Source of the DNA: Selaginella moellendorffii
Taxonomy: Eukaryota; Plantae; Lycopodiophyta
NCBI RefSeq assembly: GCF_000143415.4
Contig: NW_003314261.1
Span: 3,088,849 to 3,152,848 of the forward strand
DNA length: 64,000 bases
Reading direction: 5' to 3'
Shown here piece after piece: positions 23,901-36,600 of this stretch (its first letter is position 1; each line of letters starts with the position of its first letter). Below the pieces are notes generated by a model that saw nothing but the letters and a program-made list of their open reading frames with translations, was not told where the DNA came from and did no database searches. Position numbers and translations under genes: made by a program.

Positions 23901-25565
23901 ACTTCGTTATTAAAGCGAAAGAACCTGGTTGGTCGTACTGCTCGGTGGGCTTTGAAGCTTCAGATATATGATTTTGATGTTGTTCACCGCCCAGGGAGTT
24001 CTATGGCTGATGCTGATGCCCTTTCTCGAGCTCCTCTTCCTTCTTCATTCTCTTCTCATGTTTCTAACGAGCCTGTCGTTCCAGCATCTGTGGATTTTCT
24101 ATACGAGGATTCTGTGCCGTCAGCAGTTGCTATACTTAATGTTCAGTGTCCACAAGGTGTAGAGCAAGATCTACCTTCGCTTGATGAGGTTCGTGAGGCT
24201 CAAAAGATTGAGCCATAGATTCGAAGGCTTCGAGATGGGTTTGAGAATCCTGCATCACTTGCTGATGACTTGCCTTTCTGGCATTTACATTCTCAATATC
24301 GTCTTGAAGGTGGCCTTCTTTATTTTGTGGGGACAGATCCTGATGATCATTACGGCTGGTGGTGCCTTCTATCTTTATTCCGCGGTTTCTCCATACCTAC
24401 CATGATTCTCCTGTTCTAGGTGGGCATATGGGACATCGTCGTGTAATCGAGAAGCTACGTAGGTCTTTCTATTGGCCGGAGATGCGACGTGATATTATCC
24501 GGTATGTGCGTAGATGCATTTGGTGCCAAGCTCGTAATACTCCTCCTCGGACTGCGAAAGGACAGTTAGCGTCAATTGCAATTTCCCGTCCATTTGAATT
24601 GGTGGCATTTGATCTTATGGGACCTTTTCCACAGTCAACTGCTAGCAATGAGTATGTTATTATTGCTTTTGACTATTTGACTCGTTGGGTGGAAGTTGGT
24701 GCTCTTGCTAGTGCCTCTGCAACTGCTGTTGGATACTTCCTCTTCAATCGAGTGGTGTTCCAACATTCTTGTCCAGAGCGGATTCTTTCGGATAATGGTC
24801 CCGCTTTTATGGCTGAGGCATTTCATGTTTTGACGTCTCGGTTGGGGATTCACCACACTTTCACGAGTGCTTATCATCCACAATCAGACGGTCTGGTGGA
24901 ACGGCTCGTTCAGACGTTCAAGGGGATGATTGCGAAGTATGTGAACTTTCAGCATTTGGATTGGGATGGTTATTTGCCGTCTCTTCGGTATGCATATGTC
25001 ACTGGGGTGCAGAGTTCTGTTGGTGCTTCACCATATAAACTCCTATATGGTCATGATCGAATATTACCAATAGAGCTGGGTTTAGCTTCGCAATTGCCAC
25101 GAGTTGCGGATGCTAGGTCATGGGATCAATATTTGACAAGCATTCTTCCACTTGTCCGAGCGAAGTCTGCCAAACACTTAGGCCGCGTACAAGTGGGACA
25201 ACAACGCACTACAACTCCCGTTATCGTCCACCTGCGGAGTATAAAGTGAATGATTTGGTGTTAGTCCGTTTTCCCCATCTTATGGTACGTGGTTTATCTA
25301 AGGGGCTCCTTGCACAGTGGAAAGGACTGTATCGGGTGTTGTGGCAAGTTGGACCACAAGTTTATAAGGTTTGGCATGACGTCCAGCAGGCCGATCCTCC
25401 AGAGATTGTGCATGTGCAGCGGTTGAAACGCTTCATACAAAGGGATTAGGAACAGTTAATACCATCTACAGATCCGCCGATGCCTCCTCCTGATGTTCCT
25501 CCAGATCCCGGCCCGTCTACAAAAGAACCCTGATGGTCTTCCATTATCCTGAGAGGGGGGGATGA

Positions 25566-25740
25566 TGTGAGGGCCAAGTGTACGGCTACAATGCCGTATA
25601 CTAATATTAGCGTAGTGGGATTTTGGTAGCCGTCGGATTAATTTCAATCCGGACCACTCGCTCCTGTATATAAGCTAGGGTTTTTGGGCTAATTGATATG
25701 CACATTTCTGTATTCCCTTTCCATATTCCAAGCACTCACA
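25566..25740 (+). repeat. 3' LTR (175 bp)
   Basis: tgtgagggccaagtgtacggc...gcactcaca; 13 bp longer than the 5' LTR. Confidence 0.93.
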
Positions 25741-27186
25741 AGTTGTGAAGTCTAAATGTAATATTATTTAGGTTGATAGAATAATTCTCTCACTTGGGTT
25801 CTTAGACATTGATATTGAAATCACTATCAATGAGTTGTTATAGCATCATATATTTCTCTGGCCATCAGATAGAATATATTATTTAGGGACTGGAAGCTTG
25901 GATGATATGGAACAATTTGGTCAAGATTATGTTAGTTGTCAAATATTTGTAACACTTTCAAGGAGAAAGTTAGAGGCCACAGTCTTGTGAGTTCATTGGC
26001 TCCAGCTCAATCCTTTGTTGGGAGCTCTTATGACACACCTTGGATCCCACTATATCAACTAGGATGGCAATGTTACTTTGACTTGGAGGATTGGAGGGTG
26101 AGCTATCCAAATTACACAGCTATGTTAGATTGTAGTGGTGCTCTTTTTTGGTTGATATCCAAGTCTAGAAATATTCATGAAAGTATTCAAATTTCTTCTA
26201 TGCCCTAGAAGAAAGGAACACATCCAAACTTTTTGAGAATTACTATGATAAAACATTGCTCTAATAGAATTACCTAATACATGTATAATGAGCTTTATTC
26301 CTTTCTTTTTCTTCGTGTGATAAATGAGTATTTTGTGGATTGCAATATGGAAACAATGTAGAGATCTGTCCATCTACCAAGACATTACTTTACCATAATC
26401 ACAATTTATCATTAGCCAGTACAAACAAAAACTATGTATGCACAAAGCTACTACAGCTAAAAAGTAATTGGGATTTAAGGTTGGGCATTTTGTCCAGATA
26501 CTTGGGCTTACATACTATTTCACAATCTTATAGAGGATGTAAAGGCAGACAAATATTCGGAAGGTGATGGATTATTGGGCTTACAATTTGAAAAAGAAGA
26601 CTGGTTTTATCAAGTTGAAGAATCAAGGAGCAACCTACTACATGAACTCACTAATTCACATACTTTAGGTAGCTTTTGTCTCTTATCACTAAACAAATGA
26701 AACACACTATTCATTCAATGAGAAGATTGACAATTCTAAGCATTGAGTAGTTTTTTTGCAGATCTGAGGTGTACCATGCCACTTATCCCCAAAGCAACCA
26801 AGATTTTAAAACTAGTTTGATAATGTTGTTAGGAAATTCATCTTAAGGGATATTGGTTATGCTTATAAAGTGTCCAAGTTTGTCTCTAGAGCAACTTGGC
26901 CACAGCTGGACAAGCACAAAAGTGCATGCTTAGATGCCATGCTTGCAAGATAATATCCCTCTAATCTAGATGAGACAGTGTTCCTAAAGCTAGCACTCAT
27001 ATTGGAATTAAAAGGCTCATCCTCCTCCTCCTCATCATTGGCTTCCTAGCCAGTAAATGCCATGCTCAAGATTAAGACCATGAAAGCAAAGAGACAAACA
27101 CACATTACTGTATATATAGCTATATATGATTGGGTATATATACATGTACATAACTTAGCTATGATCTTTACTATCTGACAGATACC

Positions 27187-28400
27187 TTGTCAAACTCCAC
27201 AACTGGCCACCAGCACATTCAATGTGATCCAGATTCTGAAGTTCCACTCTTGGAATACTCTCCTTGTGGCAAGTGCCTGAACTGGGCATTTGTCACACTT
27301 TTAGGCTACTTTTCACACAATGCCCACCGCGACATTGTCTCGTGGAACACTATGCTGGCTGCGCTTGACTCATGCTGGGACCTCTGCATCATTGAAATTC
27401 TCTTTCAAAGAATGCCATGCAGGGACGAGCATATTGCAAGCAAATGCTTGTCAAGAGCATCCTGTGGCCGTACTTGAAATATTTGCTGCAATGCCCCAGT
27501 GCAATGTGATCAGCAGGACAGTTTAAATAAATGCATGTGCACGAGTGGCAGTTCACTTGTACTGTGGTCCTTACCAGGGTTCTGTTGTAGGGGCATGGCA
27601 GAAGTACATGCTGGTTTCTTACCTAAATGCTGTCCATGTTGCCCTCAAAAGCAGCAGTCACAAATTGGTAAAAAAGGACAGATTTACCTTAATCACTTAG
27701 GAGGGACTTTGGGAGCTGCACCAGGCATCATTTACAAGCAATACAATGCTTTGAAGGGATGCAGGAAAGAGATGTTGTGTCCTGGACTGTGCTGCTCCTA
27801 TTCCTGGTAGACGTCAGTTCAATCCAACCTCTTCTCTTTGACGCACTGTGATTGCAGTATATTCTCTAAACGGACAGCTCAGCAGGAATTTGAGTCTATG
27901 CTCGACTGAGATAGTTTTTTGGAATCTGGTTATGCAGGCGAGTTCTCTGGTGGGTGATCTTGAGAGGCGAGGCTGCACATGGAAAAGATGCCTCCAAGAG
28001 ATTCCGTCTAGTACTCTTCAAGAATATCCCTCGGCACGATGCTGTATCGTGGAATCTTATCTCCCAGGAAGGGTATCTAGGTGATACGTTGCCTCGGGGA
28101 ACGATCCAAATCACAATCCGGCATTGCAAGCAAGCAAAAAGTGTTTTTGACTCGATGCCCTTTGTCAACCTGCTGTCGAGAACATGACTGCTACGGACGT
28201 GGACGTCTCTTGCCGAGGCATATGCGTGACGGCTGGGAGCGACATTTGACGCCGTCCTTGTCGGCTACACCCACGAGGACGGGAGACAGTGCTTCCTGTC
28301 GCTGCGCTCCAGCTTTGGGATATCTCTGACACACGAGCACTACTGGTGTGTGGTGGATTGCTGAGAAATGGTAGCTCGACAAATGCTCGAGCTCGATGAA
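27187..28400 (+). pseudogene. Degenerate PLS-class PPR gene
   Basis: Frame-broken PPR motifs: RDIVSWNTMLAA, LFQRMP, HDAVSWNLI, AKSVFDSMP and E-domain-adjacent EHYWCVVD. Confidence 0.75.
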
Positions 28401-28859
28401 GCCACTGCTTACTTGCTGCTTGCGAACACCGAAATTTTGTTCTAGCCGAATGTTTGGCTCGAAGTGAAAGTGCCTCCATTCTCTCTGCTGCTTCTCCCGT
28501 TTCGTTGCTCGGCAGGGCTAAGATTGTCGCTTCCGGCATCTCTGCACAAGAAAGCGTTTCAAATTCTGTAAGATTGAAAAAGCTTTACCCTCCAGTAGAA
28601 CAGGAGTTACATCGAGCTCATGCCACCAGAAACGCCCACCTTCTTCTTCCGGGAGCAGCCTCGCGGCCACGTAAAAATTCCAGGCTCTGCTTCAGAATGC
28701 GTCCTCTTCAACGTAGCCGCCAGTGGCTTGTGTACAAGTCCTAGACCCAGGAAATAAAAATGCCCAAGTTATATAAAAGATCGGACAGCCCTTAAGCTTT
28801 TTAATTTAGCTCAGCAGCAAAAACCCTAAACCTCTTTTTCCCAGCTGCAGCAAAGGTAG

Positions 28860-31650
28860 ACATTCTTAGTGGAGAAGTGAACGGCGTCAAGTGGGTGAGG
28901 GCCCAAAGGAATCACCTGAAAACTGCAAGGTTTTGGCAACACCATCGAATAGTTTCCCTAATCGCTGGCTAGCAGCAGGAAGTGTTGCAGCTAGATTGCC
29001 AAGGAGGGCCGACTACGGTCCTTCACCTGCATGAAGCCTGGTGGAGGGAACATAGAGGTTTATCACCATATGATCCTCAGATTGCCAGAGGCCCTTCCTT
29101 TTATGGAAGAGAAAATCGATGTCATGGGGAACGAGCTCGCGACATCTTTTGGAAAGTATGGCTTTTGTGAGAGCCATACGGACGGCTTTCTCCAAGTAAT
29201 GCTAACATACTAAGCCAAAACCTTTTGCCGATAGATGAACCTTATATTGATGGGGAGCGGCCCATTGAAGTATTCAAATCTAAGGTAATCCAACTGTTTT
29301 GGCTGGTCCTTTCTTGATTGTTCCCGTTGTACTAGTTCCGGTTGTGGCTGGCGAACTACACAACTACGATGGTATCTATACGACTTCTTGCTGCGGGTGA
29401 AGGCAACTTTGTTGTTGTTGTAGATGAAGGAAAGGTACGTGATTCTCGGCTCGATCTCCATATTGAGTTACAGAGCAAGATTCTAAACCCGCTGGAAGTA
29501 CATATGGTATCTGACTTCAGTTCATTGATCTTTTTGTTGATATTCTCCTTGCGCTGCAGCACATATTGGACAAAAAGCAGTTTCTCGTTTTGGCTCATCG
29601 TGGCAAGGCTGTCGAAAATGTAATGGCACTTCCTTCGTGCGAGATTGCTCGGCAGTTGGTAGCTGCTCCTGAAGGTGACACTAGCTCGCTAGTAGCAATA
29701 GTTCTTGAGCCTCAGAGGTACGATGCGGTGAATGGTTGCTTTTGTGTTGATCTTTCAATTAGTTCGAGTACAGACCGCTCTCGAAGACGCCGGCATAGCC
29801 GGAGCCGAAGTCTCAGTCGGGACCGTTCTCGAAGACGCCGACATTGCCGGAGCCGTAGTCGCAGTTGGGACCGTTCTCGAAGACGCCAACATAGCCGTAG
29901 TCGCAGTCCTCGATGATTTGCAGAGTTGGATGCACAGCTCGTGAGCTGAGATGCTATGTAAGGAGGCTGTATCCGAGCGTCGCGGCCCTTTTAATCTGAG
30001 CCATGGGGCATAACAACTCCTGAATCCATTGCGCGCAATCACGGAAGCTCTAATTTCAAACAAGCCTACTTCCAATCACTTCAGACATATTACTTAGTTA
30101 TATTATGAATGGTTGGCTTACTCCTGGCTAGTGCTCCTACTCGATCAGAAGCGTCGATGTAAAGATAAGAGTTTTCTGGTTTGATCTGGCTCCATCAAAC
30201 CCGTTGCTTGTCCCAGGATGCTAGAAAAGAACCATATGGAGAAATACCAAGGATCTGGCGTCATCTCACTAGTTCTAAACCCTCCAACTAGAATTTGGAT
30301 AGCCAAACCCTTCCTACCAAGTTATCCAAGTCTCCTACTTCGTATCGCCACCCTGGGTAGACTTTATTGTGCGTACCTTGCCCACACAATTCTCCCGAAG
30401 CCCACAGCAACTTAGAAACACCGATGTAGGTTGCTGTGCGGTGTCTCGCTAGGAACATATGTAATCTCAGCTCTGTATGGAGTTTGGTTGCATAAAAGTA
30501 CTTCCTTTTCCTCAGTTGAGGAATTAAAGTATCATCACGTTGCAAAGAAGGTACCCATCATACACTTGTCCTTTGCAGGATTCTTAGCGTCTATGTGAAG
30601 GGAAGCTACGGTTTTGTGGAATTTGCACGACCGCAGGAAGTTGCATTCGAGATTCGGGATCTGGATGGGTTGCTGGTTCAAGTCATAGTTGAGTATGTTC
30701 GATCTTCCCTCCCTGTCTTCTTGACACAGGTCTCGTTCTCATTCCCGTTCCCGACACAGGTCGGAGAGAATACCGTTCTCCTGTCAAGCCTGAGCCTTTT
30801 GGCACTTTTGTGTTCTCCTTTGCGGGTTGATTGTGTTGCAGCCAGTGTTGCGTACATGTCCGATCAGAAACTCCTTATTCTTTCCAAAACTCTAGCTTGG
30901 ACAAATGATGTGAAACAATACGCTGAGAAACTTCTACGACTTCTATTCTCGAAAACGGAAGAAAAAATGGTCGAAGAGCTTGAACGAGATCACTCATTCC
31001 CACTTGGAGATTGTACAAAAGCTTACCACACTGCAGACGGTGCCATTCATCATGAGAACCGGATATATCTATAAGGCTGTGAATATCAAGCTCCACTGCA
31101 GGGAGGTCTTCCAAGGTCTGACAGGAAGGCCAACATTTTTATCTGAGGGATGTTGATGAGTCTTGCATGCTCGATCAACCAGATCTCTTAGAACACTACT
31201 TCAAGTTGATAGCTGAACTGAACGTTGGAAAGTATGGCTTTTGTGAGAAAGCCATACGGACGGCTTAGCTTTTATTCTCGATCTCATCGAGTGTTGTCAA
31301 GCTAATGAAGAACGTTTCAGGAAAAGAACTACAACAAGGCAACAGGCTTCTTGCTGCGGGTGGAGGGGACTTTGCTGTTTTTGTTGTAGATGAACAAAAG
31401 GTATGTGATTCTTGAACTGACCTCCATATTGAGTTACAGAGCAAGACTTTAAACCCGCGGGAAGCCCTGGCCGGGACTGTGTTCATGGTATGTGACTTCT
31501 CAGTTCATTGCTATTTTTGTTGATATTCGCAGCACGTATTGGATCATGCTGTCAAACACTTCCTTCGCGCGAGATTGCTCGGCAGCGAGTAGCTGCTCCC
31601 GAAGGTGACACTAGCTCGCTAGTGGCAGTAGTTCTTGAGCCTCAGAGGTG
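28860..31650 (+). pseudogene. Chimeric, partially duplicated SR/RRM-like sequence
   Basis: RS-rich segment (DRSRRRRHSRSRS x3), an RNP1-like KGSYGFVEF near 30598, and an internal duplication of about 29149-29718 at about 31225-31648. No clean continuous gene model. Confidence 0.45.
29773..29916 (+). repeat. 48-bp tandem repeat x3 encoding an RS domain
   Basis: Units start at 29773, 29821 and 29869 (gaccg(c/t)tctcgaagacgcc...). Confidence 0.9.
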
Positions 31651-31777
31651 TGTGAGCGCACAGGGTGTTTCTTGGCATCTATAGCGTGTCCGGGAGATCC
31701 TGAGAAACCACGCATGGATACTCTAAAAACCTTAGAATTTACAATCCAAAAAACTTGGGCTCTTCTGTTAACGCCAT

Positions 31778-33580
31778 TCACCACTTGAACTTTGTTGCCG
31801 CCTTGAACCTCAAGGCTTCCCGAGTGTAGCCCTGGGACATGGCCAAGTTAAGAAAGCTATACGCCGCGTCCGCTTGCCCGACCATGAAGAGCCCCGCCAC
31901 CAGCGTGCTCCAAGTCGCAACGTCGGGCTGCCGGCCCCTGCTAACCATGGTGTGGAGGAGCTCGCCAATGGCCTCCACCTTCCCCTTCCTACAGTGGTGG
32001 CCGACGAGCGTGTTGTAAGTGACGATGTTTGGAGGGAGTCCACTCTGATCCATGTACCTCACCATCTTCTCTGCCATGTCCAGCCTATCCGCCTTGCAAA
32101 ACCCGTCCACCAGAACGTTGTAAGCCACCATGTCCGGCTCTATTCCCTGCTCGAGCATCCGCCTAAACTCCCGGTACGCTCGCATTCCCTCTTTCCAGTC
32201 GCCCAGCCCCTTGAAGAACGCGGTGTAAGTCACAACGTTTGGAGGGACGCCTCTCCTGGCCATCTTCTGTAGCAGCCTTGCCGCACGGTCAAAGCCTCTC
32301 CTCCTCCCGAGTTCCCTGAAAATGGGAGTGTAAAGAATCACTGCCTCGGGACAGGCCGGATAGTTGCGTACCACACTCAAGGCCGGGCGGAGCTTCCGCA
32401 GGATGCACAGCTTGGAGACGAGGACGGTGTGAGTGACGAGGTCCGGAGCGCATCCCTGCTTTGCCATGCCTTGGAACAGCACGAAGGCTTCCTTGATCCG
32501 ATCCGTCGTGCAAAGGCCCTCGATGAGTGCCGTGAAAGTGATCTTGTCCGGCTGGAAGCCATTCTCCACCATGACCGTCAGGAGGTCCTTCGCTTCGTGG
32601 AGCCTCTGCTTGACGCAAAGCCCGTGGATCAGAGTGTTGTAAGTCACTCTGTCCGGCTTACAGCCCGCTAGCTTCATCTCCTCGAAGAGCTGATACGCTT
32701 GATCCACCTTCCTGTTCTTGCACAGCCCGTTGATGATCGAGCAGTACGAGTAGACGGTCGGCGAGCACTTCCTCGACGCCATCAGCTGGAGGAGGCCGTA
32801 GGCCGTCTCAAACTGGCACATCTTGCAGAAGACGTCGATGAGAGTGGTGTAAGTCACATCGCTTGGGGTGATACCAGCGCCCTCCATGCTTCCAAACAAC
32901 GAGCACGCTTGAGCCACTCTGCCGTTCTTGCAGAGCCCACCGAGCAGCGTGTTGTAGGTGACCACATCCGGCTCGGGCATTGTCTCGAAGAACTCGATCG
33001 CTCGAGAGATCCTCCGTGCCTTGCAGAGTGTGTCTATCACCACGTTGTACGTGAAAACATCCGGGACCAGCTTCTCCCTGGCCATCTCGGCTATGGTGCT
33101 ACACGCCTTGTCAATCTTCCCCGTCCTACACAGGGCTTTCACCAGGTAGCAGTAGCTGAGAGCGTTGGGCTTGCAGTCCTGCGAGAAGATCCTCCTAAAG
33201 ACCACCACAATCTGCTCGCTCCGGCGAGCTCTCTCCAGCAAATCGAGCAGCGCATTGCAAGTGACTTGCGTGTGGAGGAAGCCCTGCTGTGCGCCAGCCC
33301 AGTCGAAGAAGATCACCCACGCATCGGAGTCCCTGAGGCTGCGAATCACCTTGAGGAAGAGGAAGAGCGTGAGGCGTCCGCCGATGTGCGTCAGCACCTC
33401 CCCGTGCTGGCTGCTGCGCAATGCGGCGGCGATGGCGTCGAGATTGGGCAGAGTCTTGGAAATCCGGGGCGGCGATGGAGTGGAGAACCTAGCAGCGGAG
33501 GAGGATAAGAACCTGAGAATCGCCGCATCGAGAGTGGCAGCCGAGGTCCGTCGAGCCAGCGCCGCCAGGGAGAGCGCCAT
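31778..33580 (-). CDS. Intronless P-class pentatricopeptide repeat protein, probably mitochondrial
   Basis: 600-aa ORF with about 13 tandem 35-aa repeats (PDVFTYNVVIDTLCK, PDVVTYNTLLGGLCK) and an Arg/Ala/Ser-rich N-terminal presequence. Confidence 0.95.
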   Translation of the reverse strand: MALSLAALARRTSAATLDAAILRFLSSSAARFSTPSPPRISKTLPNLDAIAAALRSSQHGEVLTHIGGRLTLFLFLKVIRSLRDSDAWVIFFDWAGAQQGFLHTQVTCNALLDLLERARRSEQIVVVFRRIFSQDCKPNALSYCYLVKALCRTGKIDKACSTIAEMAREKLVPDVFTYNVVIDTLCKARRISRAIEFFETMPEPDVVTYNTLLGGLCKNGRVAQACSLFGSMEGAGITPSDVTYTTLIDVFCKMCQFETAYGLLQLMASRKCSPTVYSYCSIINGLCKNRKVDQAYQLFEEMKLAGCKPDRVTYNTLIHGLCVKQRLHEAKDLLTVMVENGFQPDKITFTALIEGLCTTDRIKEAFVLFQGMAKQGCAPDLVTHTVLVSKLCILRKLRPALSVVRNYPACPEAVILYTPIFRELGRRRGFDRAARLLQKMARRGVPPNVVTYTAFFKGLGDWKEGMRAYREFRRMLEQGIEPDMVAYNVLVDGFCKADRLDMAEKMVRYMDQSGLPPNIVTYNTLVGHHCRKGKVEAIGELLHTMVSRGRQPDVATWSTLVAGLFMVGQADAAYSFLNLAMSQGYTREALRFKAATKFKW

Positions 33581-33675
33581 TCCAGCGCCTTGGTCGTCAT
33601 CGCCGCCGTCGCCATAGCCGGCAAGAGCGCATTAATCAAAAATATTTTAGGGTTCTTGCTAGCTAGAGTTTGGAG

Positions 33676-36600
33676 ATGGCAGCGATCACCAGGGGATCGC
33701 GATTGAACGTCGCAGCATTGGACGCCGAAAATCCGCCCTCTGCGATCGAGAAATGGGGGCCGGAGACGGCGATTCTCTTCGTCGTCGTGTCGCTGGCGAT
33801 TGGGACGGTGTCGAGGCAACTCTTGCACAAGACCAAGGTTCCCTACACTGTGGCGCTGCTGGTGATTGGAATGGGGCTGGGCGCTCTAGGTAATCAATCG
33901 ATCACCTTCTTCTTCTTCTTTGTCTTCTTTCTCTTCACAATCTATCGCTTATTGCTATGGTTTTCCACCTAGAATATGGAACTCAACGGGGCCTGGGATC
34001 TCTCGGCCATAGCATTCGCTTGTGTAAGCTCCTCCATTGTCTCTTTTTTTCTTTGTATGGTTTTCAATCTCTTTCGCAGGGTCGAACATTCATCCCAATC
34101 TCATTCTCTACGTGTTCTTGCCGGCTCTTCTTTTCGAGAGCTCGTTTTCCATGGAAGTCCATCAAATCAAGGTAGGAGAGAAGCCATCTTTCTCGTGAAC
34201 TGGATCAAACTTTGCTCTTTGCGTGGAGATAGAGGTGCTTGGTACAGATGGGACTCCTCGCGGGCCCTGGAGTGGTCATTTCAACATTTTGTCTGGGGCT
34301 TTTCAGCCACGTAAGACCTCTTCCTCACGTTTTTTAAGAGTTTACTATCGTTTCACAGTGTTGTGGTTGTGTAGTTTATTCTTCCTTATGGATGGAGCTG
34401 GAGTGTGTCCTTATTACTGGGAGGGCTTCTCAGTGCCACGGATCCTGTAGCGGTTGTCTCTCTTCTCAGAGATGTGAAGGCAAGCAAAAAACTGAGCACG
34501 ATAATTGAGGGGGAAGCATTGATGAACGATGGGTTTGTACCTTCAGCTTTTCTCATCAGCTGCTCATGTGTTTTCGTGAATTTTGTTGGGAAGCAGAACA
34601 GCAATGGTGGTGTTTGAGCTTTTCCATCAAATGGTGCTCGGGAAACATTTCTCTGCTGGCGACATTTGCAAATTCTTGTCTCAAGTTGCATTGGGATCGT
34701 AAGTGCGAAGAGATGAATTGTTTTGTGTTTTCTCTTACTTGTTTCTCGTTGCTGCAGCGTGGCGCTGGGCATGACTTTTGGAATGCTGTCGATCTTTTGG
34801 CTCGGGATCATGTTTAACGATACCGTTATAGAAATCACGCTGACTTTCACAGCAAGTTATTGTGCGTTCTTCATAGTATGTTTTTTGATTGTTTGCATCT
34901 TCGCTGCTGCAATGTACTTAGTCCGTTTTATGTGGAAATAGGCTCAGCATGTTGCTGGTGTTTCTGGAGTGCTGGCAGTCATGACGGTTGGCATGTAAGT
35001 GAGATCTTCGAACATTGTTTTCTTCTAACTATTTATGCGATCCAACTTATCAGGTTATTTGCAGCGTTTGGGAGGGCCGCTTTCAAAGGTGAAAGCCAAC
35101 AGAGTATGCATTGCTTTTGGTATTGGAACTAAAACCATATTAAATTAAAACAATGAAGGCTTCTTATTCCACAATTAATTTTACAGGACCATCATTACAT
35201 ACTTTGCAAATACCGTTATTTTCATCCTAAGGTATGTAGTGCTCGGTAGAGTTGATCTCAGTTCTTTGTTAATCAGTGGCGTAGTCATTGCGGAAAGTTT
35301 CCTGCGAAGTCAATCACAAATTGAAGGTGCTTGGCATGTAGGGTCAACTCTTTGCATCTTCTTCACAGCGTTCGACAGGTCGCGACTGGGCATATTTGCT
35401 GTGTTTGTACTTCTTTCTACAGCTATCACGGGCATTGGTAGTGATTGCACTGTATCCCGGCTTGAGTTATTACGGATATGGATTAAGTTTCAAGGAGGCT
35501 CTTATACTAGTCTGGTCTGGTCTTCGAGGTGCTGTAGCACTTGCTCTGTCACTTTCTGTAAAGGTAATTTACTGTAAGATCTGAGCTTTCTGAATCAAAG
35601 CTCTTTTTATTCCAGGAAAGTGAAAATGATGAGAGTGTCGCAGGAAGAATACAAGCAAAGGTTAGATATCATTGTAAGCTGTGTAAGCCGTCCATCTGAT
35701 TGTGCTTCGTCCGCTAGTTTGTCTTCTTTACAGGGGGCGTGGTTTTCCTAACGCTCATTGTGAACGGTACGTCAACACAGTTTCTTTTGAAGTTTCTCCA
35801 CATGGAGAAAACCTCGGAGACGAAGGTGTGTACAGTTTTTGCAGCACAGTGCATCGTATGCTGACGTGTGTTTCTTCGCAGAGGCTTGTGTTGGAGCACG
35901 TAAACTACGAAATGAATAGCAAGACAGCTGAAGCATTCGAAGAGCTTGGAGAAGACGAAGAACTTGGTCCCGCTGATTGGCCGACCGTGCGCAAATATAT
36001 AAGCTGCTTGAATCGACTTCCAGAAGACGAAGCGCGTATCCATCCCCATGATGCCTCGACTAGCGAGGGTGACACGCGTAAGACACAGCTGCAAGACCTC
36101 CGTCTCCGCTTCCTAAATGGTGACCAAGCGACTCTTTCTTCTGGCCATTGAAGCCGCGGTTTCGTGCTTTGCAGGAGTACAAGCGGCTTACTGGGTGATG
36201 CTTGAAGAAGGAAGAATCACACAGACGGCTGCCCTGCTGTTAATGCAGTCCGTGGACGAGGCTCTGGATAGAGTCGCCAAGCAGGATGTTCTTTCGGACT
36301 GGAGCGGTGTGCATCCCCACGTTCACTGCCCCAGCTACTTGAAGCATCTACAAATAGGAAATTTGTTTTTGCCGCAGAAGTTGTTAACTTACCTGGTTGT
36401 GGAGCGTCTGGAGCTTAGTTGCTACATTAGTGCTGCGTTTCTTCGTGCTCATCTCCTTGTTCGACGTCATCTACGAGCTTTCATAGGTAACTGGTGAATT
36501 AGCTGCCTTTGCGTGCTCCTAATGCTAAAAGTTTTTGTTTGGCAGGAGAAACGGAAGTTGGAGAGATTGTGATTAAAGAGAGCGAGGAAGAGACTGTCGA

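Larger units (their letters stand above)
20750..25740 (+). mobile_element. Full-length but decayed Ty3/gypsy LTR retrotransposon (about 5.0 kb, no chromodomain)
   Basis: TG..CA LTRs at both ends, PBS-like TGGTGAAG at 20913, PPT gagagggggggatga before 25566. Gag with CCHC knuckle (CWACDEVGHTYRRC), then PR (LVDTDSS), RT (FIDD), RNase H and integrase (HH-CC, SDNG, GPY/F-like tail) in gypsy order, with several premature stops and frameshifts. Confidence 0.96.

Noticed and set aside
25380-25560. Chromodomain or env after the integrase
   Set aside because: Integrase stops at 25449 and only about 115 bp precede the 3' LTR.
29773-29916. 48-bp repeats as a CRISPR-like array
   Set aside because: Contiguous tandem units with no unique spacers, coding for RS repeats, in eukaryotic DNA.
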